This document shows positions 56,360 through 64,000 of a DNA stretch of 64,000 nt, piece by piece. The stretch covers positions 305,822-369,821 of the forward strand of contig CAWDRG010000015.1 of assembly GCA_963804645.1 (NCBI GenBank), in the 5' to 3' direction. The stretch is from an uncultured Bacillota bacterium (GTDB taxonomy: Bacteria > Sysuimicrobiota > Sysuimicrobiia > Sysuimicrobiales > Segetimicrobiaceae). Both the position numbers and the translations under genes were made by a program. Position 1 is the first letter of the stretch; every line of letters begins with the position of its first letter. Under the pieces are notes generated by a model. That model had not been told where the DNA came from. It did no database searches and saw only the letters and a list, made by a program, of their open reading frames with translations.

Positions 56360-57328
56360 ATGCGCGAACCATCGTCGAGCGACATTCGGAGGCAGAGGGG
56401 TCGGGGGCGTTCGACGACAGCACGAGCGCGTCTCCTTGTCGCGACTCTCGGCGCGGCCGTGGTGGCGGCCGCGCCCGCGGCGGGCGCTTTTTCCTCACCT
56501 GCTCTTACCATGATCGATGGTCCGGGCGCGACCGAGACTCAGGCCAAAGGGATCAACAACGCCGGGCAGATCGTGGGCTATTTCACGGACACAAACCACC
56601 GCACCCGCGGCTTTTTGCGGACCTCCGGGGGCGCCTTCACCACCATCGATGCCCCGGGCGCGGCCACGACCGAAGCCGAAGGGATCAACCGCGCCGGGCA
56701 GATCGTGGGCATGTTCGGGGACACGACGCTCCGCGTCGAGCAGACGGTAGGCCACTTCGGGACCCCGAGCCGCCACGGGCGCGCCTTTTTGCGTACCGCC
56801 GGCGGTACCTTCACCACGATCGATGTGCCGGGCGCGACGGGGGACACCTATCCCGAAGGGATCAATAGCGGCGGGCAGATCGTGGGCTACTTCCAGGGCG
56901 CAGACGGCAAGGTGCGCGGCTTCCTACGGACCTCCGGGGGCACGTTCACGGTGTTCGATGCTCCGGCCTGGAACGAAAACAATGCCCTCGGAATCAACGA
57001 CGCCGGGCAGATCGTGGGCGACTTCGTGGACACGCGCGGTCACAGCCACGGCTACGTGCGCACCTCGGGAGGCGCCTTCACCACGATCGACGTCCCGGGT
57101 GCGACTAATACCGTTGCCAGCGCGATTAACAGCGCGGGGCAGATCGTAGGCGTGTTCCTGGACGCGAGCGGCGGCGGCCACTCCTTCTTGCGCACGTTGC
57201 AAGGTACCTTCATCATGATCGATGCTCCGCGCGCGATCAATACCCGCAACGGGATCAACGCCAATGGAATCAACGATGCCGGGGAGATCGTGGGCACCTT
57301 AGGGCCCCATGGTTTTCTGATGCGCTAA
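56360..57328 (+). CDS. Secreted HAF-family extracellular repeat protein
   Basis: AGGAGGG lies upstream of ATG 56360. It has a signal peptide followed by about 6 repeats of GINxAGQIVGxF......GFLRTSGGxFTTIDxPGA. Confidence 0.75.
   Translation: MREPSSSDIRRQRGRGRSTTARARLLVATLGAAVVAAAPAAGAFSSPALTMIDGPGATETQAKGINNAGQIVGYFTDTNHRTRGFLRTSGGAFTTIDAPGAATTEAEGINRAGQIVGMFGDTTLRVEQTVGHFGTPSRHGRAFLRTAGGTFTTIDVPGATGDTYPEGINSGGQIVGYFQGADGKVRGFLRTSGGTFTVFDAPAWNENNALGINDAGQIVGDFVDTRGHSHGYVRTSGGAFTTIDVPGATNTVASAINSAGQIVGVFLDASGGGHSFLRTLQGTFIMIDAPRAINTRNGINANGINDAGEIVGTLGPHGFLMR
56500..57300. repeat. Imperfect 130-150-bp coding repeats (HAF units)
   Basis: DNA strings recur throughout, namely gggatcaac..gccgggcagatcgtgggc and ggcgccttcaccac(c/g)atcgat. 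Confidence 0.6.
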
Positions 57329-57394
57329 GGCCCATTTTTGCTGGCCCGGGCGGCGCGGAGACATCCTGAGCGCCGCGCGACGCAGGAGCCCGTT

Positions 57395-57640
57395 GTGCCC
57401 GAGCTGTCGTTCCTGACGGTGTTGAGCGAGAATCTGAGGCGGCAGGTCCAGGGCCGCGAAATCCGGGATGTTCTCGTCCACAGCGTGTCGGTGCTCAAAA
57501 CGGTCGATCCGCCATTGAATCCAGACGAAGAGATCTGGTCTGACGGAGGTGATAGGGGCGCTAAAGCGGAACCCTCTGGTGCTCGGGATCGGCGTGCTGG
57601 CGGGTATTGGAGTATGTCGCTGGCCAGCGCTGGATCGGTG
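57395..57640 (+). pseudogene. Fpg/Nei-family DNA glycosylase N-terminal fragment
   Basis: The GTG-initiated sequence VPELSFLTVLSENLRRQVQGREIRDVLVHSVSVLKTVDPPL matches the MPELPDVTVY...LRTVDPPL type N-terminus (Pro2/Glu3). The frame then breaks, and the H2TH and zinc-finger parts are absent. Confidence 0.4.
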
Positions 57641-57683
57641 CCGGGGTAAGTTGGTCTTAGTCACGGCTTGGGAGGGGTTTGCC

Positions 57684-59288
57684 GTGGGCCGTTCAATTAC
57701 CCGTCGTCGTTTTCTCCGTTCGTTCGCGCTTGGGTCAACCGGGATGCTTCTTGCCGCGCGCTCGGCGGGCGCCGCCGCAACGGCGGCAAAGACCGGGGGA
57801 ACGTTGATCTGCGGTTGGGAGGCGGAGCCCGGCGCCTTCGACAACGATCTCGATCGCGGGGCAGTAACACGTACATTATTGCACAACATTTATGACCGTC
57901 TCGTCGACCGCGACATGACCGTCAAGTCGAACCAACCACTGGTCGGCAATCTCGCCACCTCGTGGGAGATTTCATCCGACGCGCGGATCTACACTTTCAA
58001 GCTGCGTCAGGGTGTCCGGTTTCACGATGGCACGCCGTTCGACGCCGAGGCCGTAAAGTTCAACATCGATCGCGACTCGGATCCGAGCCACAAGTACTAC
58101 AACCAGGCCGGGGCCGGGAGTCTGAAGCTCGGTTACGGCGACCTCGCCAGCGTCACTGTGGTCGACAAGTACACGATTCGCATTGTGCACAAAGATCCGT
58201 TTGCCGATTTCCTGCCGGCTTTGGCATTTGGCACCTATTCGATCGCGAGCCCGACCGCCATTCAGAAGTACGGCAACGCGGAGTATCCCAACCATCCCGT
58301 TGGAACCGGGCCGTTCAAGTACGTCGACCGCGAGAAGGGTGTGAAGGTGACCTTCGAGCGCAATCCGGACTATTGGGCGGGTGCGCCGGCACTCGACGGG
58401 TTCATCGTCCGTCCTCTGCCCGAGGCGGTTACTCGGGTGACGGCGCTCCAGACCGGTGAAGTCGATTGGATAAACGCGGTCAACCCAGACAGCATCGACA
58501 GCGTGAAAGCAGATCCGAATCTCGTGTTTGCGTTCGCGCAGCTGCCGAATACATGGGGGTACATCCCGAACCATAAGTATCCGCCGACGACGAAGCTCGC
58601 GTTGCGCCGGGCGATGAGTTGGGCGATCGACCGCGAGACGCTGGCGCGTGACGTCATGAAGGGGCTGGCGGTGCCGGCGAAAGGCACGCACGCCGCCGGC
58701 ACGCCCGGCTACGATCCGGACATCACCGGCTACGGCTACGACCCGAGGAAGGCCAAGCAGCTCCTGGCCGACGCTGGGTTTCCGAATGGCCTGCCACTGG
58801 AGATCTGGATTCCAGCAGGCGGGGCCGGCTCGCCGTTTGGCATCCAGATGAACGAGTTCATTCAGCAGAACTTCAAGGACGTCGGGATCGACGCGAAGTT
58901 TGACCAGCAAGAATTTCAGACCTTCCAGAACAACATGGCGAACGGCGTGCAGCAGGGCGTGAACGCGATTCAGGTGGGATTCAGCGTCGACGAGTTCGTC
59001 AATTTGCAGCGGATGTTTCGGACCGACCTCCAGCCGCCCAACGGGAACACAAATCCGGGCTGGTACAGCAACGCCGCGGTGGATACGTTGTTGCGAAAGG
59101 CGCTCCAGACGACAAACGACGACCAACGCAAACGGCTCTATTATCAAGTCGAGCAGGCGGTCGTCGACGATGCGGCGTGGATTTTTGTCGTGAATCAGAA
59201 GGCGGCCCGGGCCTGGAACAAGCGGGTGAAAGGCTTCGTGAACCCGGACTCGTACATGTTCACCTTCCGGACGGTATCGATGGCCTGA
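57684..59288 (+). CDS. ABC transporter substrate-binding protein, family 5, Tat signal
   Basis: The GTG at 57684 lies 6 nt after GGGAGGGG. Tat signal SITRRRFLRSFALGS. Pattern YTFKLRQGVRFHDGTPFDAEAV and NPDYWAGAP. Confidence 0.9.
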   Translation: MGRSITRRRFLRSFALGSTGMLLAARSAGAAATAAKTGGTLICGWEAEPGAFDNDLDRGAVTRTLLHNIYDRLVDRDMTVKSNQPLVGNLATSWEISSDARIYTFKLRQGVRFHDGTPFDAEAVKFNIDRDSDPSHKYYNQAGAGSLKLGYGDLASVTVVDKYTIRIVHKDPFADFLPALAFGTYSIASPTAIQKYGNAEYPNHPVGTGPFKYVDREKGVKVTFERNPDYWAGAPALDGFIVRPLPEAVTRVTALQTGEVDWINAVNPDSIDSVKADPNLVFAFAQLPNTWGYIPNHKYPPTTKLALRRAMSWAIDRETLARDVMKGLAVPAKGTHAAGTPGYDPDITGYGYDPRKAKQLLADAGFPNGLPLEIWIPAGGAGSPFGIQMNEFIQQNFKDVGIDAKFDQQEFQTFQNNMANGVQQGVNAIQVGFSVDEFVNLQRMFRTDLQPPNGNTNPGWYSNAAVDTLLRKALQTTNDDQRKRLYYQVEQAVVDDAAWIFVVNQKAARAWNKRVKGFVNPDSYMFTFRTVSMA

Positions 59289-59289
59289 G

Positions 59290-60243
59290 ATGTTTCGTTT
59301 CATCGTCGCGCGGTGCATCGCGACGATTCCGGTGCTGATCGGTGTCTCGCTGGTGGTCTTCGGGACGGTGAAAATCATCCCCGGAGACGCTGCCGAGGTG
59401 CTGGCGGGACCACAGGCCACGAAGGATCAGGTCGAGTTGATCCGGCAGAGCCTCGGGCTGAATCGACCACTCGACGTCCAGTACGTCATGTGGTTGAGCC
59501 GGGCGGTACGGGGAGATCTCGGGCGCTCGATTCAGCTGGACGCGCCGGTCACGGAGATGGTGTTCGATCGGTTCACGAACACGCTGGTGCTCGCCCTCGC
59601 CAGCGCGCTGCTCGCGGTCGCGATCGGAGTGCCGGCGGGGGTGCTCTCGGCCACGCATCAATCCTCGGCCGTTGACCGCGGGTCCGTGTTGCTCGCGTTG
59701 TTCGGGAACAGCATGCCGACCTTCTGGCTGGGGTTGGTGTTCATCTTAGTCTTCTCGCTGCACTTTCGGCTGTTCCCGTCCAACGGCATGTACTCGTTGC
59801 GGGGTCCGGGTGGACTCCCCGATCTATTATGGCATCTCACCCTGCCAGCGCTGACACTCTGCGGTGTACCTGCGGCAGTGTTGGCCCGGGTGACAAGATC
59901 CAGCCTGCTGGAAGCCCTGCATGATGACTATGTGCGGACGGCGCGCGCGAAGGGTCTCACAGAGGTGCGAGTCATCATGCGCCACGCGCTGGGCAATGCG
60001 CTACTGCCGGTGTTGACCCTCATGGGCATTCAGGCGGGCTATCTCCTCGGCGGTTCGATTCTCGTCGAAACGGTGTTCTCGTGGCCGGGGCTTGGCCTGC
60101 AGCTGTATGATGCGATAGGCGCGCGCGATCTGCCGCTGGTGCAGGGTGGGACGTTGCTTGTCGCCACTGTGTTCGTCTTCATCAATCTCTTGGTCGATGC
60201 GCTGTACGCTGTGGTTGATCCGCGCATTCGGTACCATTCGTGA
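59290..60243 (+). CDS. ABC transporter permease (DppB type)
   Basis: The start lies 1 nt after the SBP stop. N-terminus MFRFIVARCIATIPVLIGVS and EAA region YVRTARAKGL. Confidence 0.9.
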   Translation: MFRFIVARCIATIPVLIGVSLVVFGTVKIIPGDAAEVLAGPQATKDQVELIRQSLGLNRPLDVQYVMWLSRAVRGDLGRSIQLDAPVTEMVFDRFTNTLVLALASALLAVAIGVPAGVLSATHQSSAVDRGSVLLALFGNSMPTFWLGLVFILVFSLHFRLFPSNGMYSLRGPGGLPDLLWHLTLPALTLCGVPAAVLARVTRSSLLEALHDDYVRTARAKGLTEVRVIMRHALGNALLPVLTLMGIQAGYLLGGSILVETVFSWPGLGLQLYDAIGARDLPLVQGGTLLVATVFVFINLLVDALYAVVDPRIRYHS

Positions 60244-61151
60244 ACGCGCACAAGTCGGGCGTGGGGATGTCGGCGGCCCCCGACGTGTCCGGCTTGCGTG
60301 GCGACGCGCGTGGACTCGGGGCGCTCGTGCTGAGGCAGTTACGTCGGGACCCGGTGCTGCTTGCGGCGCTTGCGGCCATCCTGGCGGTCGTCAGCGCAGC
60401 CGTGCTGGCCCCGCTACTTGCTCCGCACGATCCGACGCGGGTTGATCCCCGGATTCGCCTCGCCCCCCCGGGAACCGTTGGATATATCCTCGGCACGGAT
60501 CAGCTGGGTCGCGATGTCCTCAGCCGGATCTTGTGGGGCGGCCGGATCTCGTTGATCGTCGGCATTGTGCCGGTCGTGCTCTCGGCAGTCGGCGGCACCG
60601 CGGTCGGATTGATCGCCGGCTACTCCGGAGGCATCGTGGACCAAATAATAACGCGGGTGCTCGACGTGCTGTTCGCCTTTCCGGCGATTTTGCTTGCGCT
60701 CGCGATTGTCTCGGCGCTAGGGCCGTCGATTTACAATGCGATGATGGCGATCACAGTCGTCGCGATTCCTAGTTTCGCCCGCCTGGTGCGGTCCTCGGTG
60801 CTCATCGTACGAGAGCGGTTGTTTGTTGAGGCAGCGCGATCGCTGGGGGCGAACCCTCAACGGATCATCGTCCAGCACATCCTTCCTAACACGGTGTCGC
60901 CGGTGATCGTCTACGGCACGCTGGAAACCGGCAAGACGATCATCTTCGCCGCGGCGCTGAGCTTTTTGGGTCTCGGGGTGCAGCCGCCTACGGCGGAATG
61001 GGGAGCCATGCTCAGTGAGGGACGGACTGTGCTCGCAACCGCCTGGGCGGTCGCGACCGTGCCCGGCATCATGATCTTTTTGGTCAGCCTGAGCTTCAAC
61101 ATCCTGGGAGATGGGCTGCGCGACGCACTGGACCCGCACCGGGCACCGTGA
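60240..61151 (+). CDS. ABC transporter permease (DppC type)
   Basis: GTGA overlap with the upstream permease. Pattern YILGTDQLGRDVLSRI and LFVEAARSLG. No ATPase gene follows. Confidence 0.9.
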   Translation: MNAHKSGVGMSAAPDVSGLRGDARGLGALVLRQLRRDPVLLAALAAILAVVSAAVLAPLLAPHDPTRVDPRIRLAPPGTVGYILGTDQLGRDVLSRILWGGRISLIVGIVPVVLSAVGGTAVGLIAGYSGGIVDQIITRVLDVLFAFPAILLALAIVSALGPSIYNAMMAITVVAIPSFARLVRSSVLIVRERLFVEAARSLGANPQRIIVQHILPNTVSPVIVYGTLETGKTIIFAAALSFLGLGVQPPTAEWGAMLSEGRTVLATAWAVATVPGIMIFLVSLSFNILGDGLRDALDPHRAP

Positions 61152-61258
61152 GGGGAAAATGGCCCGGTAGAACGTACGATCCCGATACAAGGCCCGCTCG
61201 TCCGCGTTAGGCCAGATGGCAAGCCGTTGAGCCCGGGCAGGGGCAGCGCCGGCTCAGG

Positions 61259-62137
61259 TCAGCCGAGCGCCTCGAGCGCGCGGGCGACGACGTACCCGAT
61301 GTCGGATGTGGCCCGAGAGAACGCCGCCGCGGCGTCCTGATAGAACCGCATGGCTGCCAAGGGGCGGGCGGGTGCGACCCCGGGATCCCGGTGATCCCGG
61401 ACTGGGAGCGCCCAGAGCTCCCGCCGTAGCACCTCACGGGTGACCTGAAACTCGTCGCACGTGTCGACCGCTTGGGCGATCAGGACCATCCCCAGGTCGA
61501 GGAGAGCGGCACGCCCGCACCCGTCGGGCTCGACAAGCGAACTGACATGTTCCCACCCATGACGCGCGCAGCACACCAGACACCAGGATTTGTCTCGAGG
61601 AAGACCCACGCACCGGGGGGACCGCGACCGGGTGGGCGGTAGCGAGAGGATCGTCCCCGTGGGGTCGACCGCGAAGGACCCGCCGATCGGCAGGGGCGGT
61701 GGATCCACGGGGAGCTGGAAGCTGGCGAGCGCGTGGAGCGCGTCCGGAAACGCGCGCGGCGTGTTGAGCGCGCGACCCACGGCCACGAGCGTCTCGAGCG
61801 GGCGGGTGAGGTTGTTGCCGAGCGTACCCGCGCGGAGATGGGTAAACGCGACCGAGAACGCATGCCACGCTCGCTTCCAGTCCGTGCACGTGGGGGAGAC
61901 AGCCGCGAGGGTAACGCGGACGAAGTCCTCGAGTGTAGCCAACCCCGCGCGAGCAACCCCCACGGAAATAGTCTCGACTGTATGATAGCGTCCGTGAAAC
62001 GCGCACTTGAGGACGACGGGGCCGGTGACGCCGGGGACGATCCCCTGCACCGCGTCCGCACCCGGCAGGGGAGCGGGACTCAGCGCACCGGTGTCGGGAT
62101 GAATATAGGCGAAGGTGTCATCGAGACGCTTCCGCAT
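61259..62137 (-). CDS. Hypothetical protein (292 aa), co-oriented downstream of the RES gene
   Basis: High-GC3 minus-strand ORF that is Cys/His-rich in places (KCAFHGRYH, WCLVCCARHGWEH). No family is recognised. Confidence 0.55.
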   Translation of the reverse strand: MRKRLDDTFAYIHPDTGALSPAPLPGADAVQGIVPGVTGPVVLKCAFHGRYHTVETISVGVARAGLATLEDFVRVTLAAVSPTCTDWKRAWHAFSVAFTHLRAGTLGNNLTRPLETLVAVGRALNTPRAFPDALHALASFQLPVDPPPLPIGGSFAVDPTGTILSLPPTRSRSPRCVGLPRDKSWCLVCCARHGWEHVSSLVEPDGCGRAALLDLGMVLIAQAVDTCDEFQVTREVLRRELWALPVRDHRDPGVAPARPLAAMRFYQDAAAAFSRATSDIGYVVARALEALG

Positions 62138-62200
62138 ACAACCCGATCCGCCGGCACGCGCCGGCGCCTTGGGGGTGAGGGTGAGTTCGACCGACTGACC

Positions 62201-62742
62201 TCATGGGGACGCAGCGTCGCCAACGACGGTCTCAGTGTCGAACGTGCCGCTCACGATTGTGGCACGCGCAGCCTCAAAGACGCACACGCGGGCTGCCGAT
62301 CCTCGCAGCGATGGCGCGCGAACCGCATCGGCGCCCACGCGGAAGGCTGCCCCGCCGATTACGGCACCACGCCGAAGGGCCAGCGGCGTGTCATCCAGGC
62401 ATCGGGCAAGCCTGCCAGGCAATCGGGCCACGACCTCGAGATTCATCAGATCAAGTAGCTGGGGAATGACAACGGTAAACTCGCGGACCTCCAGCACAAA
62501 TGCCGCCCGGTCGGCAAGCGGTAGCGTACTTCCGCTACGGCCGTCGCACGGTCCTCTGCGGTATAGAGCGCCGGGGTTACGCGTGGGTCGTGCCAGCGAC
62601 CAGCGTACGACATGATGGCGCTCACGTCACGCGCATCGCGGCCGTTGAGGACGGCACGCCAAACGGTAAGATGTGCGGGCACAAGAGGCACAGTGGCCAA
62701 AGCCGTGGCGGCGTAGCCGGCCGCACGGGGGGACGAGGTCAC
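62201..62742 (-). pseudogene. RES-domain toxin (MbcT/ParT family) split by a frameshift near 62510-62520
   Basis: The N-terminal ORF contains YAGRWHDPRVTPALYTAEDRATAVAEV (the Arg and Glu of the RES triad). The C-terminal ORF contains VIPQLLDL...GADAVRAPSLRGS..RVCVFE (the Ser of the triad). The two parts join only across a frame change. Confidence 0.7.
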
Positions 62743-62748
62743 GGCAGA

Positions 62749-63108
62749 CTAGCCGACGGTTTCGAGTTGACCGACCAGTTCGCGGATGAGGTAGTTACTG
62801 CCGCCCGGGCCAGAGAGCATGATGTCACGGGGCGTCTTCCTGCGGTGAGGCAGCGGTCGGAGTGCCCAAGCGCGAGCTTCAGGGTAGGACATCCGGCCCA
62901 CGTGCTCCAGTAACGTCCGGAACACGGCGAGACGCTTCACCACGCCCGGGCGCCGGTCGGCGGAGTTCCCGGCTTCAATGCGCGCCCACGTGCTGCGGGA
63001 CAAACCGGTCGCCTCGACCTCATCGAGCGTCAGCCGGAAGAGATCGCGCACATCCCCCAGGACCGCGGCATCTGTGTAGGAGGTAACCGTCGCCATCGTC
63101 ATTGTCAT
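62749..63108 (-). CDS. Xre-type HTH antitoxin with DUF2384 (MbcA/ParS) toxin-binding domain
   Basis: The start was moved to the MTMTM cluster (63096-63108). HTH LTLDEVEATGLSRSTWARIEAG. C-terminal pattern EARAWALRPLPHRRKTPRDIMLSGPGGSNYLIRELVGQLE. Its stop lies 6 nt before the RES start. Confidence 0.75.
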   Translation of the reverse strand: MTMTMATVTSYTDAAVLGDVRDLFRLTLDEVEATGLSRSTWARIEAGNSADRRPGVVKRLAVFRTLLEHVGRMSYPEARAWALRPLPHRRKTPRDIMLSGPGGSNYLIRELVGQLETVG

Positions 63109-63421
63109 TATCCCATGCGAGACGAATCGTGTCAAAGAGGAACCGGGATAAGAGATAAGGCCCTCAAAAACTCTAACGAAAGGTCTCGAAAAGATGGCTG
63201 GACATCGGAACGCACATACATAGCTGCCTTGGGCTCTAATTGTTACTTTGAAAGATCCGGTCGGGACGAACGCTCTCTTATTCTTACAGCGAATGGGCCG
63301 AAAAAGCTCGGAGCGGTTACTATGCTCTTGCGACACTGGACGGTAGGACAGACTCTTTGTGTTGCGCTTGTGGGAGGCATTGGGTTCAGCTTGAGATTTT
63401 ACAGGATTGCGGTCGATCTAC

Positions 63422-63958
63422 TCATGTTTGATCTGGGAAGCGGGCAGAGCCGCCTTTTCCAGAAGATGCGCTAGGTCGCTTCAGGCCCTTCACCAGCTTG
63501 CGTAGCCCCGCAGGATAGCAGAGCTTCCCGAAATCGACATAATTCTTGTCCATGAGGAACGGCTTCAGATCCCTCTGCGCACGACTGACTGGGAACCTGG
63601 GCGCGGTCCACCGGTGGTCTCGCGAGATCACTAAGATCTTCTCTGGGTTTTCATCGACCTGCTTCTCTATCTCTTTGAGCACGCCGTCTCTTCGCAATGA
63701 CGCAACTGAGGCAACAAGAAGCTTCTTATCATTGGTCTGCCGCATTTGATCAATTTCAGCCCATGTCCGCTCGCCCGCTGTGGAATCCAAACCGTACATC
63801 CAACACGATACTCCCCGGGACAACAAGTCTTTCCGTAGTTGTGTCGCGAAAACTTTGTCTGGGACTCCATACGGAGTGTGTGCTAAGCTTCGTTGAGAAT
63901 TAGGGGAGCGACCGCCGGCATGGTGAATGGAGTGTTTGCGGACAAACCAACACACCAT
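63422..63958 (-). CDS. TIR-domain-like protein (178 aa)
   Basis: The pattern SLAHTPYGVPDKVFATQLRKDLLSRGVSCWMYGLD...KKLLVASVASLRRDGVLKEIEKQV follows the TIR beta-alpha layout (FxSH..D..FA..L...L...G..CW). The gene is about 53% GC and its upstream spacer is about 48% GC. The N-terminus is close to the window edge. Confidence 0.6.
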   Translation of the reverse strand: MVCWFVRKHSIHHAGGRSPNSQRSLAHTPYGVPDKVFATQLRKDLLSRGVSCWMYGLDSTAGERTWAEIDQMRQTNDKKLLVASVASLRRDGVLKEIEKQVDENPEKILVISRDHRWTAPRFPVSRAQRDLKPFLMDKNYVDFGKLCYPAGLRKLVKGLKRPSASSGKGGSARFPDQT

Positions 63959-64000
63959 GCTGAGGAGGACGCTCCGTGTCTAGGGTACATTTCCTAATTC

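Noticed and set aside
63115-63474. A 119-aa plus-strand ORF in the low-GC spacer.
   Set aside because: It overlaps the antitoxin start region and the TIR gene 3' end, and it has no RBS or motif. An AT-richer spacer yields such chance ORFs with alternative starts.
1-64000. A search for tRNA, rRNA, tmRNA and RNase P genes, and for intact transposases or IS elements.
   Set aside because: By eye I found no T-loop/acceptor-type tRNA signatures, no rRNA-like low-coding stretches and no intact transposase ORFs. Only recombinase fragments are present. A covariance-model scan would be needed to be certain.

Overview
A densely coding, high-GC bacterial fragment with about 65 genes, no rRNA or tRNA genes and no CRISPR array. 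All functional calls come from reading the supplied translations for family motifs. Nothing was searched against a database, and many start codons are uncertain by tens of nt. By hand GC counts the window has three parts. (1) 1-13.5 kb, about 55-60% GC. It holds an FCD/GntR regulator, a Liv-type ABC importer, a class IV aminotransferase, a RuBisCO-like protein (RLP) translationally coupled to a DUF1537 acid-sugar kinase, a BKACE/cyclase pair, and a small decayed island (Ser-less protease, integrase tail, unknown protein, orphan prepilin). (2) 13.5-55.7 kb, about 70% GC. It holds a Dpp-type importer without ATPases, frame-disrupted MFS and pyrD genes, a secreted Tyr/Gln/Pro-rich protein with near-perfect 63-bp tandem repeats, and fhs with a 5-formyl-THF cyclo-ligase gene. 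It also holds a GAF-GGDEF gene, metC, ubiX, and a 16-gene co-directional operon-like array at 37.3-53.1 kb. That array combines an aromatic ring-cleavage module, a lone Mo-hydroxylase large subunit, an M20-fold protein that appears to lack its metal ligands, a split ThDP decarboxylase, a divergent dihydroorotate-dehydrogenase paralog, an amidohydrolase and a complete Dpp-type importer. (3) 55.8-64 kb, about 63% GC falling to about 48%. It holds a serine-recombinase remnant, a HAF-repeat protein, an Fpg/Nei fragment, a third ATPase-less ABC importer, an unknown 292-aa protein, an Xre/RES toxin-antitoxin pair with a frameshifted toxin, and a TIR-domain gene at the window edge. The best candidates for undescribed biology are the RLP/DUF1537/aminotransferase cluster, the ThDP-decarboxylase plus DHOD-like module inside the 16-gene array, and the RES + TIR corner. 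The many long Arg/Pro-rich ORFs antisense to real genes are GC-driven shadows and are not reported as genes.
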